Origin: the human T2T-CHM13v2.0 reference genome, Homo sapiens
Direction: 5' to 3' (one strand)
Assembly: GCF_009914755.1 (NCBI RefSeq)
Contig: NC_060937.1
DNA: 64,000 bases
The position numbers and the translations under genes are program-made. The notes below the pieces were generated by a model. It saw only the letters and a program-made list of their open reading frames with translations. It had not been told where the DNA came from and ran no database searches. Shown in pieces: positions 15,876 to 30,144 of this stretch (the stretch's first letter is position 1; each line of letters starts with the position of its first letter).

Positions 15876-17737
15876 ATAGAAACATATATATGTTTTGTTT
15901 TGTTTTTTAAATTTAAATGGTAACTGCTGTTATAGGAAAACAATATATTAATATACACACTCATAGCCATCTCAAAACATACTGCTATGGAAAGCTAGGA
16001 ATGAGAGAGAAATTTCAAATCACTGAAGAAAGGGCGTTTGTCTTATTTTGGATACTGAAATAAGCTAGGTATCAAATAAAAATTTGTCAACTGAAACTGA
16101 ATTGAAATACTAAGATTAGGAAGTGACTGGAGAAAAAAAAATATGTATTTTTTTAAAGGTAAGCAAAATAAATTTAGCTAATCATTTAAGGAAACCATTT
16201 GTTAAGCCAAGTGAGACATATATTTTAAGATGGGAGCATTAAATATTAAGTAGTAATTAGAGAAAAGGTTGCAATACAAGACAAAAGAATTGTTATTCAT
16301 GGCATTTTAAAAATTATATAGCTCTCATAATTTTCAAAATATTTATTAAATTCATCCTGGAAAATGTAATAACAAATCCAAAATTCATTCCACCACTCAT
16401 TGAATTAAAAGTCATAATACTACCATTCTCCCCAGAATGAAATCTTTATTCCTTAAGCTGCTCCTCAATTTGTTTGCAGTGCAATTCAGTTATTCTTTAA
16501 ATTTAAAACAGTGTTGTTTGCCACAGGAACTGTAAACTCTAAAGTCTGCAGAGCACAAAGTGAAGCAGAGATCAATCAGTGGGTTAAATATATTTTCCTG
16601 GGCAGTCTACATTTCGTGGCTTGAATTGCACTCTCATTTCTTATATAGGTAAAAGTAGCCAGCACCACTTTAGGTTACACTGCATAAAAAAAATGCTACA
16701 AAGGTAGCATCTTTATATTTCTGAATTGCCCCACCATGACTGAGCTAAAAAGAAGTTCCCTATCTCTGCAAGCAGCATATTGCTTTTATTTTCAAAGGAG
16801 CAGAGTAGGGTAAAAATATGGGCATTTGCTTTTTTTTTTTTTTTTCTGAAGGTAACACTTTAAAAACCCACTGGAAGAGGAATAATTAATTTACTCCTTG
16901 TGTAAACAACATTGATAGCTTTTAAAATCTTGCATGTTGTTTTAGATAGAAATTAAAACACTGTCCCATACCTTCAACTTTTCTGTGCTCTGAATATTTC
17001 ACCTGACTTGTGTGACCTTGAGTAGAGCTATTGGAAGGTCTAGACTTCACTGTTCTAAGTGTAAGTTTCATTCTAGTCTTAAAATGACACGATTCTTATT
17101 GATGTTAAAATCCTGAATCTAAAAAAGTGTGCATTCTTCTAAAAACATCTGCACACTGATAATAGAAAATTCAGAATACAGGTGGTATTTCATGTCTACA
17201 AGTAGCCACTTATCTACACAGGCAAGATAAGTAATGATTTGTGTTGTAAGAATAGGTGGAAAAAAAGAAGGCCTGCAAACAACCATAGGCACAGCACCAC
17301 TGCTAACTCTTTTATATGTAAAGAGCTGAGTTGGCACTGTTTCTTCAAAGCTCTACAGGGAAAGAAGCTGGCACAGTGGTGGAGGTAGCTGATACCTGGC
17401 TGGAGAACAGAAACCCAACAACACTGAACATAATGCAATGTATGGACATGTTGACAGAAATAGGAGATTCATGTCCTTAGGGAATGCCCACAGGAATCCA
17501 AAGTAGCTTTTGCCAATGACCATTCACTAACATATAATTAATGCTGAATATATATTTATTAAATAAGTTAATAACTTTAAAAGTAACTTCTGCACAAGAA
17601 GCCCAGAAATAAATGAAATAAATGTGCATAAACTGTTCTAAAATTTCAGGATAGTGAAAGAAAGATCAAGGTTAACTGAAGATAAGGACTTGTTTCCAGA
17701 GGTGATGCTTGAATTGTCTTCTAAATGAACAGTGCAC

Positions 17738-17836
17738 TGTAAGCTGTCGATGACAGGACTGAAGTTCATTTATCTTTGGCTTGTCACTCATGCTAACACC
17801 TACTGGACAGTTAGGAAATATTTATTGAATAAGTGA
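17738..17836 (+). mobile_element. L2 3' end fragment
   Basis: tgtaagctgtcgatgacaggact...aaatatttattgaataagtga; further L2-like antisense sequence to ~18100. Confidence 0.5.
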
Positions 17837-19262
17837 GGAGAAAGGAGGTGTGAGGCAAGAAACGAGTGGAATCTGTAGAGTTTTTTAGGAGCTAATTTGT
17901 ACAATGCTAAGGCATTTGAGATTATACTATGACTGACGGGAGAAATAGAGGGTTGTGAAGCTGAGGAGGAAAATACTATTTCATTTTTTATTTGGTAGAA
18001 ATGTGGAAGGTGACTTAGTGGGCTGGGATTTGGTGGCAGGGGGTCCAGTTAGAACACTACTGTGATTATGTAGACAGAATGATGAAGATCTGATAACTTA
18101 GTTGAAGAACCATCTCAGATTTTTAGGGGTCACTCACCTAAATGATAAATTCTAAAGGTACCCTTCCATGGCATTCAGTGAAACAGGTCTTCTTGAGTAG
18201 AATATAAAGACAGTACCATAGTTTAAGAAATATCAGCATCTAGATTTCCTTCTATTAAAAGCTAACTTCTACTATGTTTTCCAGAAAGAAGTTAATATTT
18301 ATATCTCTGGTGGAATACCTACATGCCTATCTGTTTGCTTAGGAGTGGAAAAGAAAAGAAAATCGGACTAAAATATTGGGATTTGTTACTATTTCAATGT
18401 TTTATGGCCCTTTTCTTTACAGTTTATCAATTACATAAAAATCTACAACATAACTATGTGTCCATAACACAATTAAGTATGCTTATTTATGGGTGATATA
18501 GGCATATTTCAATTTAATGTTCTTTCCAAACTATAAAAAAGGACTGAAAAATTTCCAACTTCCATCTCATTTAAATATATATTAAGTGGCTATCACCTTT
18601 ACAATGTCAACTGCCCTCTTTCTAATTTGGTGTTTAGTTAAAGACAAAATGTAATTAATATACAATTTTAAGGAACAAACAAGATAAAAAGGAGTGGGTT
18701 AGATGATGATATTTCTTGAGTGAACACAAGCTATTTTTTAAAATGAATTAAAAGTACAACTATGCACAGGAGATGACAGAGTATAGTTAATAAATGCAGC
18801 TGCTTGACAACTAAAAATGAAGAGAATATTCTATACTGAATGAAAACAAATTATTGTGATGTATATTAATGATAAGATGGGAGTATATATATTTTAAGTA
18901 ATTCTGCTGGTCTCTCAAGAGAGAAATTCCAAAAGTTGCAAGGCTCAAGGGTATGTCCTCACAAAACAATACTGGTCATATACAATGTTCTTTTTTGCTT
19001 GTTTGTACAGTTCTGCCTCTTGAGAAAGATAAACATGACATTAGTCCTCATACATGAGAACAACTCTAATGCCAATGAAATGCTCAATAAAACAAATTTT
19101 AGTAATGGGCCTTAAATGATGGAAAAAAGTAGAGGTACTCCTCATTTTTGCATTCAATATGCAATTGAGGGATCTTCTTGAGTAATATTGATACATTCAA
19201 AAATCTTCTGCTCCCTTGAAGAGTGACTTTATAACAAAGTTGGAAATAAATAAACTGAGTTT

Positions 19263-19582
19263 GGCCGGGCGTGGTGGCTCAGGCCTGTAATCCCAGCACT
19301 TTGGGAGTCCGAGGCAGGTGGATTACAAGGTCAGGAGTTCGAGACCAGCCTGGCCAAGATGGTGAAACCCCGTCTCTACCAAAAATACAAAAATTAGCAG
19401 GGCACGGTGGCACGCGCCTGTAATCCTAGCTACTCGGGAACTAAGACAGGAGAATCGCTTGAACACGGGAGGCAGAGGTGGCAGTGAGCCAAGATCGTGC
19501 CACTGCACTCCAGCCTGGTAACATAGTAAGACTCTGTCTCAAAATAAATAAATAAATAAATAAATAAAATAAAATAAAAAAC
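19263..19582 (+). mobile_element. AluS (Sg-like) with (TAAA)n tail
   Basis: ggccgggcgtggtggctc start; ggattacaaggtcaggagttcgagaccagcctggcc (2-bp-deleted form); TSD aaactgagtt on both sides. Confidence 0.93.
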
Positions 19583-20654
19583 AAACTGAGTTCGTACAGT
19601 ACCCAAATAACAGAAGTCATATATTAAGAACAATATTTTGTGTCAGCAAAATACTCTGCTTCCTCTTCCTGACTTATAAACCAAAACATCATTATGCACT
19701 TGACAGGTATAGTATAAACCATGTGGTGTAAACATTTGTGCATTCAAAACTGCAAAAAATGCTCTTATAGTATCTTTTTTTGTGCTGTATTCTGATTAGT
19801 ACTGAAGTTTTGTTGCATATTTACTATACTTTGTGATTTCTAAAGTTCCTACCAAGTGAAAAGCACCCTTCTAGTATAGTTTACCTGAAGTATGGATTGT
19901 GGAAGGATGATTTAAAAAGTATTTCTTTCCTCAAAGAAGATTTAAATCTATTGAAGGAGGCAGATATAAACAAAAAGAGTTAGAGAAAGTAAGAGTAGGA
20001 AGGTTGAGTTTGTATATAGAATGTATCTAGCTAGTTTCAAGGCTTGAAGTTAGTATAATCAAGAGGAGAATTTAGGTATAGGGATGTTAAGAATCAGAAT
20101 TATCCTGGGAACTTGAGAAAAGTACACATACCCAGTGCTTCTTGCCTCTCAAGAAATATCAGAATATTAGGAGGGCATTTGGGGAAGATGGGTTATAATT
20201 CTTATTGTTATAGAACTCTTTTCAACTCCCCTTTATGAATAACCATGTTGCTAAAACGTAAATTGCTCAAAGACAAGAACATAATCTAACCCTTGCCAAG
20301 GGCATAGTAGCTTCTCCCGAATAGGTGATCAACTGACTGGATAATTACCTACCACATGCTGGAGACCCGGACTAAGGCTTATTTTACACAAACTTTCACG
20401 TACCAGCCAATGTCATTCGAACACTAATTCCACGTGTAGCAAATGCTCATCAGCACAAGTCATTACATCCCCCAATGCTTATTTTATTCTTGTCCATGAT
20501 CATAAATGAATATATGAAATAGATAGACAGACAGATAGATAGACAAACAACTAAATATCTGTGATTCTAGCGTCAGCTCTGTTGCAGTGGGACATGGGAT
20601 ATAGTGAAAGTCTCAGTTTAACTACCCACCTTGCCACATACCAAGTTTACAGAT

Positions 20655-20750
20655 GGGATAGTAACACCCTTATTCATATGATGGTTGTAAGTAATAAATA
20701 CAAGAATGTATATGAAAATGCCCATCATGAGGCTTGGGACATAAAAGCTT
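20655..20750 (+). mobile_element. MIR 3' fragment
   Basis: atgggatagtaacacc...ggttgtaag...aatgtatatgaaaatgccc...cttgggacata. Confidence 0.5.
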
Positions 20751-21078
20751 TCAGTTGAGTACAGTATTACAGATTTTGAATTTGGAAGTCAGAAAAGAGG
20801 AGTAGGTAATATTAGGGCCCATAAGACAAGTGGATCTTTCATTTGTCTTACATTAAAACCAAAATCATTTGGATCAATAATTCCAACATTCTGAAAAAAA
20901 ATGTAGGTACATATCTTTGGAATCAAAAACACCTTTGAATTCAGGCAGAACATCCACTCCAAGAGAACATTAATGTTTGATATTGTGATTGAACTGATAT
21001 ACTGATTGAAATATATTCAAGGAGTGTTCAGCCCTGTGTCTAAAAACGGTAACAACAAACCATAAAAATATTATTTTT

Positions 21079-21358
21079 GTCTGGGCACAGTGGCTCACAC
21101 CTGTAATCCCAACACTTTGGGAGAACAAGGTAGGAGGATCATTTCAGATTAGGAGCTCAAGACCAGCCTAAGCAACATGGTGAGATACAGTCTCTACAAA
21201 AAAATTTAAAAGTATCTGGGCATAGTGGCTTGCACCTGTTGTCTCAGCTACTTTGGAAGCTGAAGTGGGAGGATTGCTTAAGTTCAGGAGGTCAAGGCTT
21301 CGGTGAGCTGTGTTCATACCACTGCACCCCAGCCTGGGTGACAGAGTGAGACTCTGTC
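21079..21358 (+). mobile_element. AluJ
   Basis: diverged Alu dimer with J-type right arm (ggaggattgcttaagttcaggaggtcaaggct...gtgagctgtg); tail replaced by a TA/TG tract. Confidence 0.9.
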
Positions 21359-21612
21359 GATATATATGTGTGTGTATACATATATGTGTGTGTGTGTGTA
21401 TATATATATGTGTGTGTGTGTATATATATATATATGTATACACACACAAAATGTATGTCGATATATATGTATATATACACATATATGTCGATATATATGT
21501 GTATATATGTATACATACACAAAATATACATGCATAATGCATTTGTACATATATGTGTATATATACATATTTTGTATATATATACACAAAATATATGTAC
21601 ATTTATATATTT
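21359..21612. repeat. complex (TA)n/(TG)n/(CA)n alternating purine-pyrimidine tract
   Basis: read directly; source of the low-complexity ORFs at 21168-21775. Confidence 0.95.
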
Positions 21613-21987
21613 TTTATTTTTAAATAACTTTGTGAAACTGTTCCATATGTTCCATGTTATCATTGGTGTGTCAAACTGCTCTAAAATAATTCCTGAATTA
21701 ATTTTTCTTTCCACTCAGCATCATCTTTTATTCTCCATAAAGAAGCAGATAACTGGACAACAGCTTCTCATATGAATGCAAAATAACAAAAAATTATTGG
21801 TGTGAAGTAACTGTTATTGCCCATAACAACCTTTATAATTATTGTTGTCTTTGTGAAGTAATCAGTATTTTTGAAAAAAGAGAAATTATATATATTGAAA
21901 TTATAAAATTAATAATGCCAATAGATTTAATTTTATGTAATCCTAGTTAATTCAGAACTGAAAAATGTTCTGGCTTATACCATAGAA

Positions 21988-22082
21988 CATCATTTTACAT
22001 CATAGAACAATAAAATTCCAAAGGGTTATATGACTTGTCCAATATTATATAATATATGACAGGCAGAGTTAGGACTGGAAGA
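21988..22082 (-). mobile_element. MIR core fragment
   Basis: cattttaca...gggttatatgacttgtccaa...ggcagagttaggactggaa. Confidence 0.55.
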
Positions 22083-22914
22083 AGTGAGGTCACCAGATAT
22101 ACCTCAGAATTTAAACAAAACATGGAGTGAGAATTGTAGCTTTAAGAAAGTATCTTTATAAAATGAGACTCTGTGTCCAAATTAAGGACAAGATTTTTAG
22201 TAAAGAGTGTAGAATTTTTTGGGTTGACATTTCTTGAATTATTGTAAACACATTCAATGCATGTATTTAGAAATTCTGCTATTGGAATCGTTAAGACTTC
22301 ATTTTGTATATAATATGCTGTTGGGTTTAGGTTTGAATCAGCAAAAAAGCATAAAAGACCTGGGAGATTTAGAGACATTTAAATTAATTGAGGACTTGAT
22401 TTGTCTATTAAAAAAAATACATATCCCCGTTAGGGTTTCTTACTCTCTCCTTTGTTGATTCTCACAGATATGTTAAATTGGTATTTCCCATTAATTCTGA
22501 AAAAAGTTTATAGATAACATTTAAATGAATTATAAATTGACTTCTGGAATTAACACGTATAATTTTATATACATTCAAAACTAGCATTTTAGTACCTATT
22601 TAGAAAAGTTAAAAAATTAAGAACAATTCACTATTCATGTCAATCACCAGATAATGGCTAATAGTTATTAAAATATCTGTGTGCAATTGTTATTACAAAT
22701 GAAAGTATGATTTTCATCTACTGAACACAACAAAATTTATAAGAAAACAAAACAAATATCAAAGATGATACATTCTGCGTAAATAGCATGCACCCAGACA
22801 AAATAATTTGTAATTGTATACTGTGAGATTTGTTGATTATGCTACCAAGGGGTAAGGTGGACTCAATCCCACCTTTCATTAAATCAGTGGCCCTGAATAG
22901 CACTGTGCAGGGGG

Positions 22915-23152
22915 AAAAAGCTTTGTATTTGGAATTAGACACACCTGTAACTGAATCATAGTACTAACACATGCAAATAGAAAATAGTGGACTGGAAACT
23001 ATTATTATGCTTTTTACAATCTTGCTTTTTCTTTTTTTTATTTATAAATATTGGAATAACAATTCCTATTCTGTAGATGCACAGTGGAGTATCAATGAGA
23101 ATGTATATGAAATCTCCTAGCACACAGCTTGGCCCTATAAGTATTCAATTAT
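22915..23152 (+). mobile_element. MIR
   Basis: tttggaattagacacacctg...ggaataacaattcctat...aatgagaatgtatatgaaatctcctagcacacagcttggc...taagtattcaat. Confidence 0.6.
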
Positions 23153-23743
23153 CTTTCTCTCCTGAGTAATTAGCCTGGGTCTCTACCTAGGCTCTTCCCT
23201 TGATCTAAATTGGATATCTATAGGTTCACCTAGGGTGGGGCTGTACTATTTCCTGTGCTAGAAAGAAACTTCTGAAATGTGTGTATTAAGCCTGGGGTCA
23301 GACTGCATCTTTCTATCTTTTGCCAGCGGCTTATTTTTGATGTTCAAGTGGTTTAGACAGGAGTGAAGATTCCTCTCTGCTCCTCTTCTTTTGGCCATGC
23401 TTAAAATAGGAAACTGGGAAAAGAAGTTTTGTACTGTTACTGATACTTGTTTGGAATTAGAATGAGAGAGTCAGAGTAAGTAAATATGAAAACACATTTG
23501 AGTGTAGTAAGATGTGTACCTAAGCCTACAGGTCATTTGCTTATTTTATTCTAAGGCATATTAATAAGATCATTTAAATTTCAAACAGTCAAAACAGAAT
23601 TACAATTCTCGTTGTTTATTTACTCTAGGAAATGATCTTTTGTCAAAAAAAAGAAGCAAAAAATAAAGAACCAAAAAAAAAGAAAAAAAAGGACAGGTTT
23701 TTAAGTAAAATGCTACCCAAAGTAAATAAAAAATAAATATCTT

Positions 23744-23797
23744 AGTCTGGGTGACAGAGTGAGACCCTGCCTCAAAAACAAACAAATAAACAAAACC
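23744..23797 (+). mobile_element. severely 5'-truncated Alu (last ~30 bp plus tail)
   Basis: agtctgggtgacagagtgagaccctgcctcaaaaacaaacaaataaac. Confidence 0.8.
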
Positions 23798-25107
23798 CAC
23801 CAAATACCTGTTTATATATACAAAATATTTAATTTGTTAAGTGGGAAAAAGTGAGAATCAGACCCTGGGTTACAATTTATTGTCTTGTATTTTGATTTTC
23901 TGACTTTCCAATTCAATTTAAGAGAAGAAATCCAGGCTTCATGAAGCAAAGCTATTCCCAGTGCAGTCTACAGCATTGTTAACCCTCTAACAGCTCAGGT
24001 GGCTCCATACTCGCTCACACTCTGCAGTAACTCAGGCCACTGCAGCCTGCTCCTCTCCTATCACTGTAAGAAGTACTTGCTGTCATTGGTCATCCAAACT
24101 AAAGTTAGATTTAGAAACAGTATTTTTCTACTTCCATGTTTTTGGCATGAAACCTATCTACCTGATTTCTAATAATCAGCTAAATATACCAGTCTGTTAA
24201 GACACAGCTTTGTTATCAATGCCAGAATGAAAACTGCTGATATGAATGAGTATCATTCTTAGGCAAGGAGTTGCTAACAGTTGAAGATGAGAAATAAATA
24301 GATTTTTTTATCCTTAAAAATAAATCTTAATAAAAGGAAATGCATAAGTATGTCATATCTCTATAATAAATCTGTAAAAGCAAAATATATCATCATCAGT
24401 TATCCATAGTTAGAAATTTCTCTCCAATTATAGCTTTTCTGCAGAAATGAGTCATACTATATCCAGATACCTTTATAAATTTGCATTTGCAGTAATAAAT
24501 AGCAGGAGTGACAGATGCTTTCCAGTCACTATTATTGGGTTTCCACATCCACTGAAAGAAAACTCATAGGCTATCTATTCTACAGGTAGGCTGAAGTGGG
24601 CTAATTTAATGGATAAAGGATTGGAATTAATAAAGGATGGAAAAATAATTGATTAAGTCTCAAGAAAATTTGAGTGGAAAATGCACAGTTTTTTTTAACA
24701 ATGATTATACAGCAAATATAATAAAAAGTGTTAGATTTCAACTGTTCAACTTGATAGTGTAATATCTAAGGAAAAAAAATAGTCTAGTGGATTCCAAGAC
24801 TCTTCAGTCAGTGATTTCCATTCCTCTGTGCTTTAGAAGTTAAGACGAGTCCACCAGGGATTGATAATGTCATCTTACAGAAAGCAATAAGCAATCTTGC
24901 CTCCTTGAACAATTAACAGAAAAAATAAAAATTAGAAATGACACGACTTTCTGGCACTCTCTTAATTGTGTGGGGAAATCGTAAGTGTGTGAAAGTGCTT
25001 TTTTGACCTGGTGCAATGGTATGATTATGTGGTATGCAATAGTATGATTATGCTGGTTTAATCTTAGCACTATTTGAGTCTTGAAAACGTGCCCATGCAT
25101 AGGTGGG

Positions 25108-25499
25108 TGATATGGTCTGGCTGTGTGTCCCCACCCAAATCTCATCTTGAATTGTAGTCCGAATTGTAATCCCCATGTGTTGGGGTGTCGGGGAAGGGAT
25201 CTCGTGGGAGGTGATTAGATCATGGGGGCGGTCCCCCCATGCTGTTCTTCTCGTGATAGTGAGTGAGTTATCATGGGATCTGATGGTTTTATGAGTTTTT
25301 TTTCCCCCCCTTTGCTCATTCTTCTCATTCCTGCTGCAGTGTGAAGAAGTACATATTTGCTTCCCCTTCCACCATGATTGTAAATTTCCTGAGGCCTCCC
25401 TAGCCAGGGCGGAACTGTGAGTCAATTAAGCCTCTTTCCTTTATAAATTACCCAATCTCAGGTATGTCTTTATTAGCAGCATGAGAATGGACTCATATG
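25108..25499 (+). mobile_element. THE1 (C/D-like) MaLR solo LTR
   Basis: tgatatggtctggctgtgtgtccccacccaaatctcatcttgaattgtag ... ataaattacccaatctcaggtatgtctttattagcagcatgagaatggactcata; 5-bp TSD gtggg at 25103-25107 and 25500-25504. Confidence 0.93.
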
Positions 25500-25639
25500 G
25501 TGGGGGAGAAATGCATTCTAATTACCTTCTAACAAATATAATTTATAAAATGAAAACTGGCCCTCACTAACCGAGATCCCTTCAGACTTTTTATACCACT
25601 TAAGGTCCTAGATAAATATTTTTATGGTTGCTTTTCCAC

Positions 25640-25900
25640 ATGTCTTTACCTGGCTAACTCTTACTCTGCCTTCTAGATCTGGATTGCATACCCTGCATTC
25701 AAGTGTACCTCCTGCCCAACTACTCAGATTGGGCTTCCTGACCCTCTCCATTTTTGAGCCTCCTCTGTATGTTTCTGTGTTTATAACTTATCATTTGTGG
25801 AAAAGCTGTTAGTTTCCCTTTCTGCCAGAACTAGCATATTTTTCAGAGTGTCAAGGTACCCCACCCAACAGGTGACTAAACAGTATAAATCAATTATTCA
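25640..25900 (+). mobile_element. L2 fragment
   Basis: acctggctaactcttactctgccttctagatct... pyrimidine-rich L2-like 3' region. Confidence 0.4.
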
Positions 25901-25939
25901 ATTTGTCTTTGTTCCACTTGATATTCATTATCCAAGCTT

Positions 25940-26330
25940 TGCTTGACCAGGAGGTTGACCAAGTGATCCACTTATGGGCAGGGAGATATTAGAAGTCTGT
26001 CAGAGGGTTTCTGAGCAAATCTTTCTTTCTGCTTGAAAATAAATAAATAAGTTATTCCCCTTTCTCACAGATGGCTTTCTGCCTTTGGAATTGATACGTG
26101 ATATTTGACTCTATCATGGCCATGTTAGAACCAAGTGGCAACAAGATGAATAAAGGTGACAGAGTAGAAGGGAAAACATCATTCCTTGCTGACATCATTA
26201 ACTTGCCATTAAACCAATTCTGAAACTGAGTATTGGCAGAGTTCCTGTTAAGTAAACAAGAAATGTCTTTATGCTTAAGAAAAAAAATGATTTATTTGTA
26301 TTTTTTAATAAAAGCAACACTGAACTTAAA
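25940..26330 (+). mobile_element. old MLT1 (J/K/L-like) LTR remnant
   Basis: gaagtctgtcagagggtttctgagcaaatcttt...ggccatgttagaacc...ccttgctgacatcatt...ttcctgttaagt...gtctttatgcttaag; boundaries approximate. Confidence 0.5.
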
Positions 26331-27086
26331 AGCTTGCATAAGAAATATGTTTAACATCCCTAATATCTATCTTATTATTATAATAATATATTATAACTGG
26401 GTATATAGAGTAAATGTCAGTGTAACTTAGATTAAATATTTATATCCATCTTCCTAATATAAGATTTTAAAGTCATAATGATCACAATCTGATTGTTGAT
26501 TGGCCTGAATCTTTGATTTATCAAATTGCCTTAATGGATGCAGCAGAGATGTCACTATTAATTTTGTTATAAATTCAAATTCTTATTAATGCTGACACAC
26601 TGTATAAATATGTAATATGTTAAATTTACCTCTGCTGCAAACTTCGGTTTCTCAGCATTTTGAACTGAAATCATGTTGACTCTTGACTTAGTCATGAAAA
26701 ATAAACTTCACGTAATGGAAAACAAAACAATGAAAAATAAAGGTTGTTGATCACATGGACACAATAATGACAGAGATAATAAGCAAAAGTCAATGTACAT
26801 TATGTCTCTAAGTGTTTTAAATACTTTCCAATGTCAGTTAATTTTATCAAAAGGTGATGGCAGTTAACTAAAAACATACTACTACTAATATGCTTTAATG
26901 AAATAAACACAAATGTAAATACTGCTTAAAAACAAACACATTGTCCTTAGACATAAAAGCTTCTATAGGTATAACAAATGTATCTGAGAAAGAAGAAAAA
27001 GACAGGAGAATTATTGGTAACTCTTAAAAGGAACTGTCAAAAAAAAAAGGCTCCTAAAGCCATTTACAGCTTTAGATGTACAATTT

Positions 27087-27358
27087 ATTCATTTTTTTTT
27101 CAATACAGGGTTTCACTCTGTCACCCAGGCTGGAGTGCAGTGACACAATCACAGCTCACTGCAACCTCAACTTTACAGGCTCAAGCAATCCTCCCACCTT
27201 AGCCTCCCGAGTAGCTGGTACTACAGGCACCACCATGCCTGGCTTTTTTTTTTGTTTTTTGTATTTTTTTTGTAGAGATTGTGTTTCACCATGTTGCCCA
27301 GGCTGGTCTGGAACTCATGGGCTCAAGCAACCTGTCTGCTTCAGCTTCCCAAAGTTTG
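27087..27358 (-). mobile_element. AluJ, slightly 5'-truncated
   Basis: J-type reverse complement (aatcacagctcactgcaacctcaac...ggctcaagcaatcctcccacc); near-TSD gatgtacaattt (27075) and gatgtaaaattt (27359). Confidence 0.9.
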
Positions 27359-27482
27359 GATGTAAAATTTAAATTTCATTGAGTATGAGAAATAAGTTAA
27401 ATATGCTTGTAATTTTAAATAAATTATGCATTTTATAGTGATAAATTGGGACTTGGTAAAACACTATCTGACTGGCCTATAG

Positions 27483-27822
27483 CAGTGGTCTTCTATTTTA
27501 TTCTTGGGAGCTCCTTATACACCTACAAAATACTGAAGACTCTAGAGAGCTTTTGTATGTGGGTTACATCTATCAATATTTAGTATATTATAATTTAAAA
27601 CAGAAAATTTTAGAATACAAAGAATAATAGGATCACTCTTTACCCATTAAAAATCAGAGCAATAAAGCCATCACCCATGATATAGCCTTTGAGTTGTCAT
27701 CTCCACCCATGAGAGAATAAGGCTGGAAAAAGCAAAGAATGCCTTACTATTATTGTGAAATAATTCTGAACTTACAGACCCCAGGAGTCCCCAGCCCTTA
27801 CTTTGAGAACTAACGGACTACA
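27483..27822 (-). mobile_element. hAT-Charlie (Charlie1-like) non-autonomous element
   Basis: cagtggtc...gagagcttttgtatgtgggttacatctatcaatatttagtatatt...agaccccaggagtccccagcccttactttgagaac; TIR-like ends. Confidence 0.7.
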
Positions 27823-30144
27823 GTAATAAGAGGAAAAACTTGGAACAAAATGAATAGTCCACAGTTGCTGGGAGGTACATTGTTTTTCAGGTAATCATAC
27901 AAAGAGAACAATTGATTGGAGAAAAAAAGATAAAGGCTGAGATTCTACTGAAATGTCTGCAACACGGATAATGCTTTTCTAATACAGCTTAAATTTGGCA
28001 GTGCTCATGGGTACGTTAACTATCAGGAAAACTGCAAGATGACTCAGTTATCTAAAAGTAGAATATCTGATAAAATTTAAGACTTGCCTTGAAGTCAATT
28101 TTATCTCTTAGAAAGTAGACATAAATAGAGGCACTGCTTACTCCTGGCTTAATTCTGATAAATAAGGAAAATACTGATGCTTGTTTATGTGTAAGTGATA
28201 GGAACCATTGGAAGACACAAGTTTCTCATATTTGAAACAATAAAGCAAAGAAATTATAGTCAGAGAGAAATGTGAGGGATGAGCAGAGGCCAACATTTCC
28301 AAGAATGAAAATATGGTTTTATTGCCAGAATTTCTGAAAGGTAGGAACAATAAGGGAAGGGGGAGTTTCCAAAAGTGGAAATGTAATCATACAATTAAAT
28401 GTAAAGCTGGTAATGAAAAAGTAGGGTAAATCTCTTGTAAGGAAATTGGATTCACAAGGAGGCTGATAATCCACAACTATGAGTAAATAAATAAAATTTA
28501 AAAAGAATGAATCAAGCAAGAAGAGAGGAAGGGAGGGAAGGAATGAAAAGACAATAAATGCAATTATGATTCAAGGTGTGAATCATTCAGTTTAAATATG
28601 CCACTGAAATTCACAATGTAGTTGTAAACCTTATAATTTACGTATGCTGTTTTAGTGCATTTTTGGAGGGAGAGTAGAACTAAATAATATTTCAATATTT
28701 TTACTCACATCTTTACCTTCATGCCTTTTTCCCCCCTTTCTACTTTAGGTTAAGTTTCTATCACATTAAGATATACTTACTTACTTCACTTATGTGTTTT
28801 GTGTGATTTTTAATGGGAATTGTTGAAACATTCCTGCTTATAACATACTGTAAAACCAGATTCATAATCCATCCTCTTTCCATTTTTTTATTCCTTGTAT
28901 GCTATTTAGATGTTATGTCTATACAGTAAAATTGTTTTTAAAGAAATAAATGATATTTGTTTGCATCACAGACACCTGATAAAGATGGGCTGACATTTGC
29001 ATTTAAGCAAATTTACTGATCCTAGATGGATAAATCTCAGTAAAATATGAGGCAAACACATAACACAGATAGCTACTTTTTGTCCATTTCCATTTGCTCT
29101 ATTTTTTTCTTTCTTCTCCTCCATCTCCCCTCATCTTGATTCAATCATCTTATTAAACACTCTGCTTATCACTTCTTCATTTCTCTTTATTATTCTCATA
29201 TAAAAGATTTAACCTAGCACCAGTTTTCAAGATGTTGTTTGCAATAAGAAACTGTTGCAAATAACTGGTGGTTGCTGTGATAGCAAAATTTGCATTTGCA
29301 CAGTTTACAAATGCATCTTCCTTTGCAGAGATACTTAGCTATGATTGAACAAACCATTTTTCATAGCACATTTCCTTCTAAATACATAGGTTGTGTATAT
29401 GGGCACTGACCAAAGGATTTCAAGGAGAACATAAAGTGTTTTTATCCATAGATCATCTGAACAGAAAAATAGATTATTTAAATGTTATAAGGAGAAGGTG
29501 CCAAATACTCATCTCCCCTTGATCTGAGGGAGCAAGGAATGTTAGAAGTTATTACATTGCTACAGAGGGTGACTGAGCATGAACCAAAGGCTGCGTTAAA
29601 GATGCAATGACTTTACTCTGGCCTTCAAAAGGAAAGGTGTATGTGTCCATATATAGGAGGACAGAATGTTTCTACCTGTTATCATCAGTATTTTCCAAAT
29701 CTAACCGTAATTTAAACCTTGGAGTCTTATAAATGTGGCAACCGTATGTCTTGGCCTCTCCAGGATGGAGCTGGTTTATAATGGTTAATCTAGAGTAATG
29801 ATTATTAGTGCCCCCTTTTACTCCTCCAAATGCCCTAGTTTCAAAGATAAATTACATGGAGACATTATGTATAAGGGGACTGATTGGGAATGGAATGAGT
29901 CAGGGAGGAGGTGATGCTAGAGAGAGATTATTTAAATAGTGGTTGGCTAAAATATGTTCTGTGGTTTTGTTGCCAGAGTGCTGTATTTATGAAGAAGTTA
30001 GCTGACTGTCTTGCTGCTTTGGGCATGCAGGATTGTGGATAGTAAAAGGTACAATTTGTTTCTCTCTCTAAGAGGAAAAAAGAGAAGGGCTTCTTCAAGC
30101 AGTGCCGACCTTGGATTAAGCATCAGATGAATGCAGGAGAAACA

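Noticed and set aside
21168-21775. Cluster of overlapping 75-144 aa ORFs rich in Y/I/C/V/H/T
   Set aside because: Translations of the TA/TG microsatellite and adjacent AluJ; not genes.
28995-29300. Two ATTTGCAT octamer motifs about 300 bp apart
   Set aside because: An AT-rich 8-mer that recurs elsewhere in the window; no other support.
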